A stretch of 61,750 nucleotides of DNA from a virus (taxonomy: Duplodnaviria; Caudoviricetes), in the IMG/VR virus record IMGVR_UViG_3300044941_000295, positions 1-61,750 of that record. The stretch is one strand, 5' to 3'. The position numbers and the translations under genes were made by a program. Shown one piece after another: positions 45,470-54,792 of the stretch. Below the pieces are notes generated by a model. It had not been told where the DNA came from. It saw only the letters and a program-made list of their open reading frames with translations, and made no database searches. Within the stretch, counting starts at the first letter, position 1. Each line of letters opens with the position of its first letter.

Positions 45470-48400
45470 TGCACTACGTTAACATTTGTCACCATACAGA
45501 GTCGTACCTGACCGCATCTACGCTAAACGCTATGATACAAAAGGTCAAAAAAAACGGCTCGAATTATTTTGCCGTTGGTGAAAACGGCAGTCTTATATCT
45601 GCTCTTAAAGTGTATTACGCCGCATCTGCCGCTGGACTCAAGCCTATTATTGGGATTGATCTGTATTTTAAGGATGAGTTTTGTTCAATTATTAACGGCA
45701 CCCCTTCCGAACAAGCTAAGTATTTTAAATTACTAATGTTTTTTAGAGATCAGGCGGCATACCAGACGATGGTTTCAATGATCTCGGATAAGGGGAGAAA
45801 GAAAGTTAAGATAGGAGAAGATCACGAATACCCTCTTTTTAATTGGACGGACTTGGAGCGGCTATCTAAGCTTAATGTGTTAGTATCTTCCTCAAACATT
45901 GAAGATATGGTATCTAAACATTTGTTGTTTGATAGGCCAGATCTTTCCAAGAGATATTATGAGAGGCTGGTTGAGCTGTTTGGTGACAGATACACTCCTG
46001 CAATTTGCCCGTTTGAACACACCCATTATCAGGAAAGATTAATTGAGTTCACCTTAATTGGCAACAAAAAGATCCGATTGCCTCTGAATACTAGGGTAGA
46101 TACTGATTCTAAGGGTTTCAAAACTAAGGCGATAGATATCTATAAAAACCCAAAACGTTACAAAAAACTTTTAAGAATTTATTATAACGGACTTAAGTCC
46201 ACTGTTAAACTGGAAAATCAGGACATACTTGGCGTTGAAATGGTCAAGGATTTTGTTCAAATAGACAGGGGAGATATCCAAGCTTTAGCCAACAAACAGT
46301 TCATTGAGCTGCATGGAACAAATCTTCTTATAAACGATTATGCTTATTACGCGGATAAGGATGATAAAATTGTTCAAAACATGAAACTTGGGGAGGATGG
46401 GAAATGTCTTCACCAAGACTTGTACATTAGAAGTGCTGCTGAAACAGCTCTATATCTTAAAAACTTAGGATTGGCTCCTGAGCAAATTAAGGGCGTCTTT
46501 GAAAACACTCAAAAGTGGGCAAGTCAATTTGATGATTTTAAATTGAAGTATGATATTAAGTTGGTGGATTACGGCCCTGAACCCGAAAAGCTTTTAATAA
46601 AGGCTATTAAAGAGCGTGGGCGTATGAAGTGGGACGACCCACGATATGTAAAGCAACTGAAGGAAGAGCTTGATTTGCTGGTTAACAACGGCGTTGTCAA
46701 CCTATCCCCATACTTCTTGCCTTTGATTGAAATTTCAGACTACTACGTTAAAAATCACCGTCTGCCCGGCCCTGCCCGTGGATCTGCTGGTGGATTTTTA
46801 ATATCATATTTGGCAGGAATTACGCAAATTGACCCTATCAAATACGACCTAAGTACGGAGCGCTTTCTTACCAAAGATCGAGTTCAGCAGGGTAACTTCC
46901 CCGATATTGATTGGGACAGTGAGGGACGGGAGCTTTTGGTTGGGGAGGATGGAAATAGCGGGTTCCTGAAAGAGCGATTTGGTGATAAGTACGCTCAAAT
47001 TTCCACCAGAAACCTGCTACGCATTAAATCGGCTATTCTAGACGCCAATCGTTTCCTGCATGGCGAGGTGCAGCCTGAGATTCAGAAATTTTCCAAATCT
47101 CTTCCAAACACCCCTCAAGGGATTACTGATCACGATTTTATTTTTGGATATGAAAGCAATGACGAGCATGTGGCTGGGTTGTTTGAAATAAATGAAGACC
47201 TAAAAAAGTACGCCGAAGAAAGACCTAAGGAATGGGAAATTGTGAAAAAGGCTGTATCTCTATCCAGACAGGTTGGGCGTCATGCTTGTGCGCATATTTT
47301 GTCTAGCGAGCCTATCTCTAATATTGTGCCTGTTGTTAAGGTGGGAGAAATAGATCAGGTGACGGCTTTTGAGGCTAAAGAGTGTGAAAAAGCAGGACTT
47401 ATAAAATACGACTTTCTTGTAGTGTCTGCAATTAAAGACATCCGCATGTGTATTGACAATATTAACAGGAAAAATGGCGACAAATTTGAAGTAGGGTATT
47501 TTAATCATAAAGGTCAAAAAACCTATGTTTGGGATGTGCCCGAAGACACGGATGTGTTTAATATGATGGGGATGGGGGAAACGGAAACTGTGTTCCAGTT
47601 TAACACTACATCAGTCACCCCATTTGTTAAAGAAATCAGACCAAAATCAATTATTGAGTTGGCGACGATTACGGCGCTTGTTCGACCCGGCCCTCTGGAC
47701 TATATCGACAAGGATACTGGTAGAAATATGGCGGAGGAGTATATTGAAAGAAAAAGGGGAAGAAGTTTTTCTGACATTAAAGTGCTGGATAAGCTTATTC
47801 CCGAAACTCATTCGATTCTAGTATTCCAAGAGCAAATCACTAAAATTGCTAAAGAGCTGGGTGGAATGTCTATTGTAGACGCCGAAAACGTGCGTATTGC
47901 GATGGGTAAGAAAAAGCTTAAACTTATGGATTCTTTGAAGCCAAAGTTTATTGAGGGGGCAAAAAAGGTTATTTCCGAAGAAGAAGCGAACAAGGTTTGG
48001 GATATGATGGCAACGTTTGGGCGCTATGGCTTTAACAAAAGCCATTCCGTTGCTTATTCTGTAATTGGCTATACTTGTGCGTTTCTTAAATACCACTACC
48101 CTTTGGAATGGTGGGCTGCAGTACTGACTAATGCGGATACCAAGGAAATTAACGAAGTGTTTTACAAATATGTAAAAGATATTATGCTTCCTCCAGACAT
48201 CAACCTGTCTAAGGAAGAGATTACGATTGACTATGAAAAACAAAAACTGCGTCAAAAGCTTTCCGCCATTACAGGGCTTGGCGGAAAAGTGGCGGAAAAG
48301 ATTATTGCTGCAAGACCATTTAAGGATCTTAAGGATTTTGTTATTAAAAAGCCATGTGGCCCTGCTATGACTCGCCGCTTAATCTACATCGGCGCACTTG

Positions 48401-49080
48401 ATAGTCTTATGCCTGCCGAAGCCAATACAATGCTTAAGAAAATGTGGCTCTATGAGGAAACTGTAAAGCAGGTGGAGTGGGAAGCGAAAATTGAAGAATT
48501 GATGAAACAACCTGAATCTGAGGAGCGTAACGTCAAACTTCAAAAACTTAAAGATAAGGGGCGCAGCAAGGCCAAAATTGACCCATATTACATGGTCATT
48601 GATCCCCTTAAGGACTATCTCATTAAGAAAGAGATCTGCCCTACAATGAATTTGGATTTATATGAATTAATTAAAAAATATGCAAAAAACCTAACCATTT
48701 TCCCCCGAAATGGTGCGCACATGGCGATTGACAATAGAGGTTTTGAGGTATATTTAGCAGGGCCAAACGTTCTGGAAAAGATGGATTCTGCAGTTATTGA
48801 TAGGAACGCTTATTTTTGTGTGCCGGGTTACGTAATCAAGGCGGAAACGTTTACTTATGCCAAAAACACCAAAAAGGCCTATAAATTGATTATTGACAGT
48901 TCTGGATATATTTCAGAAAAGGTTATCTGGCCTGACTATGATACTGGCGAACTTAAATATCCCAAGTCCTTGAAAAAAGGATGTTTAGCTTTCTTCTTCT
49001 ACCAGAAGCGAGCTGAAAAAGAAGGGGTGAACATCTACCATTCGGTTGTTGAAGTTGAGGGTATTGACGAGGATGAGTAA
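45466..49080 (+). CDS. dnaE: DNA polymerase III alpha subunit (family C)
   Basis: PHP domain, PARGSAGG, FPDIDWD, GRHACA, IKYDFL, YGFNKSHS. Confidence 0.93.
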   Translation: MMHYVNICHHTESYLTASTLNAMIQKVKKNGSNYFAVGENGSLISALKVYYAASAAGLKPIIGIDLYFKDEFCSIINGTPSEQAKYFKLLMFFRDQAAYQTMVSMISDKGRKKVKIGEDHEYPLFNWTDLERLSKLNVLVSSSNIEDMVSKHLLFDRPDLSKRYYERLVELFGDRYTPAICPFEHTHYQERLIEFTLIGNKKIRLPLNTRVDTDSKGFKTKAIDIYKNPKRYKKLLRIYYNGLKSTVKLENQDILGVEMVKDFVQIDRGDIQALANKQFIELHGTNLLINDYAYYADKDDKIVQNMKLGEDGKCLHQDLYIRSAAETALYLKNLGLAPEQIKGVFENTQKWASQFDDFKLKYDIKLVDYGPEPEKLLIKAIKERGRMKWDDPRYVKQLKEELDLLVNNGVVNLSPYFLPLIEISDYYVKNHRLPGPARGSAGGFLISYLAGITQIDPIKYDLSTERFLTKDRVQQGNFPDIDWDSEGRELLVGEDGNSGFLKERFGDKYAQISTRNLLRIKSAILDANRFLHGEVQPEIQKFSKSLPNTPQGITDHDFIFGYESNDEHVAGLFEINEDLKKYAEERPKEWEIVKKAVSLSRQVGRHACAHILSSEPISNIVPVVKVGEIDQVTAFEAKECEKAGLIKYDFLVVSAIKDIRMCIDNINRKNGDKFEVGYFNHKGQKTYVWDVPEDTDVFNMMGMGETETVFQFNTTSVTPFVKEIRPKSIIELATITALVRPGPLDYIDKDTGRNMAEEYIERKRGRSFSDIKVLDKLIPETHSILVFQEQITKIAKELGGMSIVDAENVRIAMGKKKLKLMDSLKPKFIEGAKKVISEEEANKVWDMMATFGRYGFNKSHSVAYSVIGYTCAFLKYHYPLEWWAAVLTNADTKEINEVFYKYVKDIMLPPDINLSKEEITIDYEKQKLRQKLSAITGLGGKVAEKIIAARPFKDLKDFVIKKPCGPAMTRRLIYIGALDSLMPAEANTMLKKMWLYEETVKQVEWEAKIEELMKQPESEERNVKLQKLKDKGRSKAKIDPYYMVIDPLKDYLIKKEICPTMNLDLYELIKKYAKNLTIFPRNGAHMAIDNRGFEVYLAGPNVLEKMDSAVIDRNAYFCVPGYVIKAETFTYAKNTKKAYKLIIDSSGYISEKVIWPDYDTGELKYPKSLKKGCLAFFFYQKRAEKEGVNIYHSVVEVEGIDEDE

Positions 49081-49092
49081 ATGAGTTATAGT
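49064..49092 (+). promoter_or_regulatory. sigma70-like promoter TTGACG-17-TATAGT
   Basis: 6 nt before ATG 49099 (leaderless). Confidence 0.7.
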
Positions 49093-49098
49093 AAATGT

Positions 49099-49809
49099 AT
49101 GAAAAATATCGCAAACATTTTTGCTATTCTTGTTTTACTTACGGTTTTTCTCTCGCAACCCTCGCAAGAGTGGGAATTTAAAAAAGCCCAAGCAAGCACC
49201 GCCCCTTTAGCCGCTATAGAGACTAGGGGGCGTATCGCTGTAATTGATACAGGAATTTCTACAAAACAGCTAAATTCTGATTACATGTGTAAGGACATGC
49301 CCGTTTTTACTGTTAATAACAGAACAGGTCTAGACTACAACGGGCACGGCACAAACGTTGTTGGATTGATTGCGGAAAGAATAGATAAAACCAAATACTG
49401 CATAACATCTTATTCTATGACACCCGGCAATTCCACTTCTGAGTATATGTATTTTCTTAGAAAGGTTTTGGAGCATGGTGCTGTAGGCGTAAATATTAGC
49501 CTTGAAGGGCCATTTGTAATTGAAGGAGAGGCCGAACTGCTAGAAAAAATTACAGAAAAGGCCAAGGTATTTGTAGCGGCTGGAAATGCAGTAGTTGATC
49601 TTGACGAACAGTGCAACGCATACCCTGCTTGCTACAGATTGCAGAACAAAAAAATAAATGTTGTAGGGAATAGAAGATTTTTTTGGAAATACAGTAATTA
49701 CGGTGACATAGTTAATATCTGGAAAGATGGTGTTAACAAAGGATTTCCTGCACTTACAGGATCTAGCCAATCAACTGCGATTGCTACTGGAGAGTTCTTT
49801 TCTAAATAG
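49099..49809 (+). CDS. subtilisin-like S8 protease with signal peptide
   Basis: VIDTG, HGTNV, AAGN, GSSQS; hydrophobic leader. Confidence 0.85.
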   Translation: MKNIANIFAILVLLTVFLSQPSQEWEFKKAQASTAPLAAIETRGRIAVIDTGISTKQLNSDYMCKDMPVFTVNNRTGLDYNGHGTNVVGLIAERIDKTKYCITSYSMTPGNSTSEYMYFLRKVLEHGAVGVNISLEGPFVIEGEAELLEKITEKAKVFVAAGNAVVDLDEQCNAYPACYRLQNKKINVVGNRRFFWKYSNYGDIVNIWKDGVNKGFPALTGSSQSTAIATGEFFSK

Positions 49810-49811
49810 CA

Positions 49812-49819
49812 TGGTATAT
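49812..49819 (+). promoter_or_regulatory. putative middle promoter motif TGGTATAT
   Basis: Intergenic before GGAGG RBS, heads the SSB/UvsY/RecA cluster. Confidence 0.65.
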
Positions 49820-49836
49820 TACTGCACGGAGGAATT

Positions 49837-50562
49837 ATGATAACAGAAATTATTAAACAAATTAGAGACCAACAAAGCCTTTTAAAAAAAGAGATCGTAC
49901 CTGACCCACGAACTATGGCAACCCAATTAGGAAACCTTAAGCGAGCTGAAAACGAAATTAATCACCTATTTGTTGACCTCCGTTCGGAAGTTCAGAAAAA
50001 TCTAGTTCTTATCCTTGCAACGGGCAAAAACTCTAGTCAGTTTGCATCTATTGCAGAACAAAGCTTTGGATGTTTAAGTTTTAAAGCAGAGTCGGTTTAT
50101 GAGCGTCTGGCACAAAACGTTCATGAAACTTTTTTGGGCAAGCCAGCATCCCCGTCGATTGTAGAAATTGCTATTAGCAATATGAGCGATCTTGCGTATG
50201 AAATTGGAATTGTGGGCTATAATATGCCTATGTTTAAGTCTACTGACACGGTACAGCTTAACACACAGGAAGATGTCCAAAATTTAATCCAAACAATCTT
50301 TGTGCGTGACGTAGGCGCTGAGCTAGTAACTTTAATGGCAGTACATGATGCTGCTAAAAAGATCCTAGAAACCGACTTTGAAGGGAAACGAGTGCCAGTC
50401 ATTCTTCATACAACAAATAAAGAATTGGCGGATGCAATTGCAAAAGATTCAACCCGATTGACAAATAAAATTTTTACTGTAAACTGCACTAAGGAACAAA
50501 CTGAAAAAACAGTAGAAGATAAACTTAAAGAGCTTAGTAAAAAAGCCCAAGGAGGAGAATAG
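49837..50562 (+). CDS. hypothetical protein
   Basis: 241-aa ORF with RBS. Confidence 0.75.
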   Translation: MITEIIKQIRDQQSLLKKEIVPDPRTMATQLGNLKRAENEINHLFVDLRSEVQKNLVLILATGKNSSQFASIAEQSFGCLSFKAESVYERLAQNVHETFLGKPASPSIVEIAISNMSDLAYEIGIVGYNMPMFKSTDTVQLNTQEDVQNLIQTIFVRDVGAELVTLMAVHDAAKKILETDFEGKRVPVILHTTNKELADAIAKDSTRLTNKIFTVNCTKEQTEKTVEDKLKELSKKAQGGE

Positions 50563-50563
50563 T

Positions 50564-51586
50564 ATGGAAATTGGAAAAGCAAATTACGAAGGATCTAACA
50601 AAAAGAACCGTTTTAAAATTAAGGACGGCAACAATGTTTACCGCATTTTGCCACCAATGGGGAGCTTGGCTAAAAAAGGCAAATGGAGCCAATACTGGTC
50701 GGTTGTCTGGGGCTACCAAAACGCTGCTGGCAAAAACCGCCCGTTTGCGGATTGCCGAGTTGTCAACTTTAATACTAAAATGGTAGAAGTTGAGTCTGAG
50801 GCTTTTTTGCGCTCACAAAAGCTTAAAAAGGCTTTTGAAGATCTTAAATTTAAACTTAAAAACGGAGAGCCAGTAGACCCAAAACTTTTGGAAAAGTCCG
50901 AACAATTGAAGGATCGTTACAATATTGAAAACAAGCACTATGTAAACGTAGTAAACCTGCAAGGTGAGATTGGCCTTTTGAAGCTTGGCGCAAAAGCCAA
51001 AAAGCTTCTTGAAGCTGAAATCAAAAAGCTTATTGCTAAAGGTGTAGACCCTCTTTCTCTTGACAATGGTCGCTTCTTTAATATTTTCCGTGAAGGTCGT
51101 GGAAATGACACCGTATATCAAGTTACGGAATACAAAGAAAGTGTTATGATGAACGGTCAAGAGGTGGATGTGCCAAAAGTTCACAAAATGGATGAGGCTT
51201 TCATTTCTCGCTTACAGACTGAAGCTTTTGATCTTGGCAAGCTGTATGTAATTCCTACGGCAGAACAGGTTAAAGCTATTGTGGAAGGTGCAGACCCTGA
51301 CGTTGTGCTTGGTTTGAACAATCAGGAAGAAGTTGAGGAAGAAGCTGATTCTGACGAAGAAACATCCTCACCTGCGAGCAGCGCTGTACTCGAAGCAGCA
51401 CGTCTTGCAGAAGAAACACGTAAAGCTGAAGCTGCCCAACGTGAACAAATGGCAGCTTTAGAAGCTAAGCGTAAGGCTGAGGAAATGGCAAGGCAGGCAA
51501 CAGAAACCAAAGTGTCGCCAACTCCCGCCACAAGCATGAGCACAATGAGCGATGAAGAGTTTTTGAAGCAAATGGGGATTGCGTAA
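50564..51586 (+). CDS. single-stranded DNA-binding protein (gp32-like)
   Basis: FKIKDGNNVYRILPP motif; acidic C-terminal tail. Confidence 0.75.
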   Translation: MEIGKANYEGSNKKNRFKIKDGNNVYRILPPMGSLAKKGKWSQYWSVVWGYQNAAGKNRPFADCRVVNFNTKMVEVESEAFLRSQKLKKAFEDLKFKLKNGEPVDPKLLEKSEQLKDRYNIENKHYVNVVNLQGEIGLLKLGAKAKKLLEAEIKKLIAKGVDPLSLDNGRFFNIFREGRGNDTVYQVTEYKESVMMNGQEVDVPKVHKMDEAFISRLQTEAFDLGKLYVIPTAEQVKAIVEGADPDVVLGLNNQEEVEEEADSDEETSSPASSAVLEAARLAEETRKAEAAQREQMAALEAKRKAEEMARQATETKVSPTPATSMSTMSDEEFLKQMGIA

Positions 51587-52090
51587 ATGTCAGATATTTC
51601 TAGAGGAGTCGATCTTGTAATACCCAAGTTCGGCTCCTCCGAACAAATTGTACTCCCAATGAGTGCCATTAAGGAAGGCGAAAGACGGCTGGTTGAGGCT
51701 AAAATTGTCAATCCAGCCACTTATTCCGAGTTGGAATTTGTTTTTGGGGAGGGTTATCGTGAGGCAAGGAAGAATGTCACGGTGATTGGTTACGAAATAT
51801 CTAAGGCGGAAAAAGCCCTCAGAGAAGCCAAATCAGTTGCTATATTGGATGATTATCCTGAATTTCTTAAGGAAAAAGGGTTAAAGGATAACGCTACGGT
51901 TAGGGATGCTTTCTTGGAAAAGCGTCCCGAGTATGTAGCGGCACAGGATCGCATTGATATGCTCAAAGCCATGCTCGATCTCATGGAAGGGAAGATCAAG
52001 GTGTTTGAGAATGTCACTAGGTATATGCGCAAGGAAATGGATTTGGTTATTAGAAGCGGTTCTGTTGACAGCAACAGATACATAAGATAA
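51587..52090 (+). CDS. UvsY-like recombination mediator
   Basis: Helical 167 aa between SSB and RecA. Confidence 0.45.
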   Translation: MSDISRGVDLVIPKFGSSEQIVLPMSAIKEGERRLVEAKIVNPATYSELEFVFGEGYREARKNVTVIGYEISKAEKALREAKSVAILDDYPEFLKEKGLKDNATVRDAFLEKRPEYVAAQDRIDMLKAMLDLMEGKIKVFENVTRYMRKEMDLVIRSGSVDSNRYIR

Positions 52091-52098
52091 GGATATTT

Positions 52099-52260
52099 AT
52101 GAAATTTAATATTATTCAAACAGATTTGCTCACAAAAGAAACTCGCGTGGTTTTTTCTACAGACGATCAAGAACTGATGGAAATGATGTTAAAGGATTAC
52201 GTCCGATGGTCTACAGATCACCACGCTTATGAAGTAATTGAAAAAATGTCGGAGGAGTGA
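52099..52260 (+). CDS. 53-aa hypothetical protein (MKFNIIQTDL...)
   Basis: AAGGA RBS; fills the gap; below ORF cutoff. Confidence 0.6.
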   Translation: MKFNIIQTDLLTKETRVVFSTDDQELMEMMLKDYVRWSTDHHAYEVIEKMSEE

Positions 52261-52261
52261 T

Positions 52262-53308
52262 ATGGCAACTAAATGGGCAAAAGCACTAAGAAGCAATGAG
52301 GCTGCGGTTGATATGAAGTCAGACCCGTTTGCAAAAGAAAATGTTTTGCAATCCCCTAGTCCTAGTCTAAATTGGATTTTTGGTAAGGCAAACGGTCTTC
52401 CAAAAGGGGCGAGTATTATCACTTATGGCCCTGCTAAAGCTGGTAAATCACTTATTTCATACCTTTTTACTCAAAACGTTATGAATACAGACCCTGAAGG
52501 GATTGTGATTCGTTTTGATACTGAGATGCGGGCTAAATTTCAATCTACAAACATGTGGGGTTTTGACCCTGACCGTTTTATCGCTTATGACACAAATAAA
52601 CCTTCTGAAATTTTTGATTACATTGTGAATGAAGTGCAGCCAATGCTTCAGGACGGCATGCCCTTACGAATGATCATAATCGACTCCCTAACCGCAATTC
52701 AGGGTGTTCGTGAAGGCACGGCGACAGGTATTGAAAATCACCAAATCGGTGATAACGCATTGACCATCCAGAAAGGTTTGAAAATGATCCTTCCTGTAAT
52801 TCGCCGCTATAATGTTGGCCTGTTCTGTACATCCCATATTCGAGCCAACTTGGATGCGGGTATGTATGGGCCTAAAGAGAAAATGGCAGGCGGATACGCC
52901 CAAAAACACTTCTTTGAGTTCTTTATGTCGGTCAGACGTGACGGATCAAAAGAAGGCAAAGTAGACCTCTTGGGTAACGACCTGTCTAACAGCGATATTA
53001 AAGATATGAAAGGCAATAAAGAGCAAACGGGACACAAAATCTACGCCACCATGGACGATAGCTCTTTGGGAAGTAAGGGGCGCTCTGCCGAGTTTACTCT
53101 GGATTATTCTAGAGGACTGATTAACGTCCACGAAGAAGTGTTCCAGTTGGCGGTGAATACTAACGTAGTAGAAAGACCGAACAATCGAACCTACATATTC
53201 GGCGGCAAAACCTACACGTCCAAGGCTGACTTTATTACAGCTATTCGCGATAGTGAGGAAATGCAGCAAGAGTTGATGAAGAAAGTTTTACAAGTTTCTA
53301 ACGGCTAG
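52262..53308 (+). CDS. RecA/UvsX-like recombinase
   Basis: YGPAKAGKS, FDTE, IIDSL, MAGG. Confidence 0.88.
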   Translation: MATKWAKALRSNEAAVDMKSDPFAKENVLQSPSPSLNWIFGKANGLPKGASIITYGPAKAGKSLISYLFTQNVMNTDPEGIVIRFDTEMRAKFQSTNMWGFDPDRFIAYDTNKPSEIFDYIVNEVQPMLQDGMPLRMIIIDSLTAIQGVREGTATGIENHQIGDNALTIQKGLKMILPVIRRYNVGLFCTSHIRANLDAGMYGPKEKMAGGYAQKHFFEFFMSVRRDGSKEGKVDLLGNDLSNSDIKDMKGNKEQTGHKIYATMDDSSLGSKGRSAEFTLDYSRGLINVHEEVFQLAVNTNVVERPNNRTYIFGGKTYTSKADFITAIRDSEEMQQELMKKVLQVSNG

Positions 53309-53315
53309 GAAGGTT

Positions 53316-53645
53316 ATGAAAGTACCTGTAGACATTGAGGTTTACAATACAAACGAAATCAAAGCAGGGAATGGCGTTTTAGATTTTGACGTAATGTTAT
53401 GGAAGACAAATAAGAAGGGGTTTGCTTGGGAGATTTACCTACCCAAACAGACCCTTTCTTTTCACACAGAAGTTTACAACCCTATTTCCGACGAATCGGT
53501 ATATCTATGGGAAAACATAGAGTTTGACCCATTAGAGTATGAGGTTAAAATCAAAAGCGATATAGGGGTGATTGGATTAGGAGGGTTTTATCCAAGTAGG
53601 GTTGAAGTGTATCCGAAAGAGAAGAAGTTAATAATTGTGTTTTAG
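53316..53645 (+). CDS. hypothetical protein
   Basis: 109-aa ORF with RBS. Confidence 0.65.
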   Translation: MKVPVDIEVYNTNEIKAGNGVLDFDVMLWKTNKKGFAWEIYLPKQTLSFHTEVYNPISDESVYLWENIEFDPLEYEVKIKSDIGVIGLGGFYPSRVEVYPKEKKLIIVF

Positions 53646-53663
53646 CCGATAAAGGGGGAAGGA

Positions 53664-54461
53664 ATGCGGCCAGAAGTGGACTTTAATGATTTAGTCATAC
53701 GCAAAAACTATTTGATCAAAACGTCAGGTAGAAATCTTGATCAAAAAATAAAAAAATTTGAAAATAATATTAAGATTACATCGAGCATGATGTATAATAA
53801 ATTTATTCATTCCTTCCAGAGGTCTGGGTTTGATCATGATGATATTTTCTCTCTTTCCAAGCTATACTCCCTTTACTATTTTGACCTGTACATGGACGAA
53901 AAAGACGGGGACGAGAAAAAAGAAAAAAATGGCTTAATTACGTTTATTCGTCAAAGAATGGAGTATTTGGCGAATGTGTGCGAAAGACAGTCCTCAAATT
54001 TCCATGTAAGCAAAAACCTTAGCGGTTTTTACGCTAAAACAAGCCAATCTAAAGATCTTCCCGACGACGTAATTATCGCCAACCCATCCGAGTATGGATA
54101 CCGCAGAGTTTATGAAACAGAACTTAAAAGAATTAAAAAATCCAGCAAGGGCGCTTGGGTCGATGCGGACGGCTATGAAGTTGTAAAATTAGAATTTTAT
54201 GATAAAATAACACCTGAAGAGTATCGGGATGTTTTGTACGCCAACACAGATCAGACCCCCGAAGATACAATATTAAAATTACAGGAAACGGAAAAGTTTC
54301 AGGCAAAAGTGATACAATTTGAAGAAAAAAGCATGGTAGATAAAATAAAATACCTTAACAATATCATCAAAAGAAGTAAAGACGCAGACAAAGTTCGCAG
54401 TGCAAAAGAACTATTAAAGATTATTAAAAAGAAAAATGAAGCAGCTTCTAGAGAAATCTAA
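53664..54461 (+). CDS. possible second divergent sigma-like factor
   Basis: GFDHDDIFSLSKLY...LITFIRQRM resembles sigma region 2; TPED region-3-like segment. Confidence 0.35.
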   Translation: MRPEVDFNDLVIRKNYLIKTSGRNLDQKIKKFENNIKITSSMMYNKFIHSFQRSGFDHDDIFSLSKLYSLYYFDLYMDEKDGDEKKEKNGLITFIRQRMEYLANVCERQSSNFHVSKNLSGFYAKTSQSKDLPDDVIIANPSEYGYRRVYETELKRIKKSSKGAWVDADGYEVVKLEFYDKITPEEYRDVLYANTDQTPEDTILKLQETEKFQAKVIQFEEKSMVDKIKYLNNIIKRSKDADKVRSAKELLKIIKKKNEAASREI

Positions 54462-54792
54462 CTTATTAAAGTGTAAGCATAATGAAATGCAGGGGGAGCT
54501 TATCTCCCTGCTATCTTCTTACGCTAAGACAAATTCACTTCAAAAATCAGACTTCCGCGTTGTGGCAACAGAGATCTTGGATTTTATTTCAGCAAGATGT
54601 AAAGATCAGGGCTTATTGGATAGCTATAAGCTATTTATCTTAAATAAGATCAAGTTGGCGTTTAATTGTGCGCTTAAAGTCCCAAAACAGGAGTTTGAGG
54701 TTTCGGACGATATGATGGATATCCCTATTGAGGAGTTCGAGGGAGCAAAGACGGACGAAGAATTTGTCAAACTCATGGGATGGGTAGAATGA
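54436..54792 (+). CDS. hypothetical protein
   Basis: 118-aa ORF. Confidence 0.65.
   Translation: MKQLLEKSNLLKCKHNEMQGELISLLSSYAKTNSLQKSDFRVVATEILDFISARCKDQGLLDSYKLFILNKIKLAFNCALKVPKQEFEVSDDMMDIPIEEFEGAKTDEEFVKLMGWVE

Noticed and set aside
45466-49080. Intein in DnaE
   Set aside because: No C/S-start block, TxxH or HN/GQ terminus found; length fits an intein-free alpha subunit
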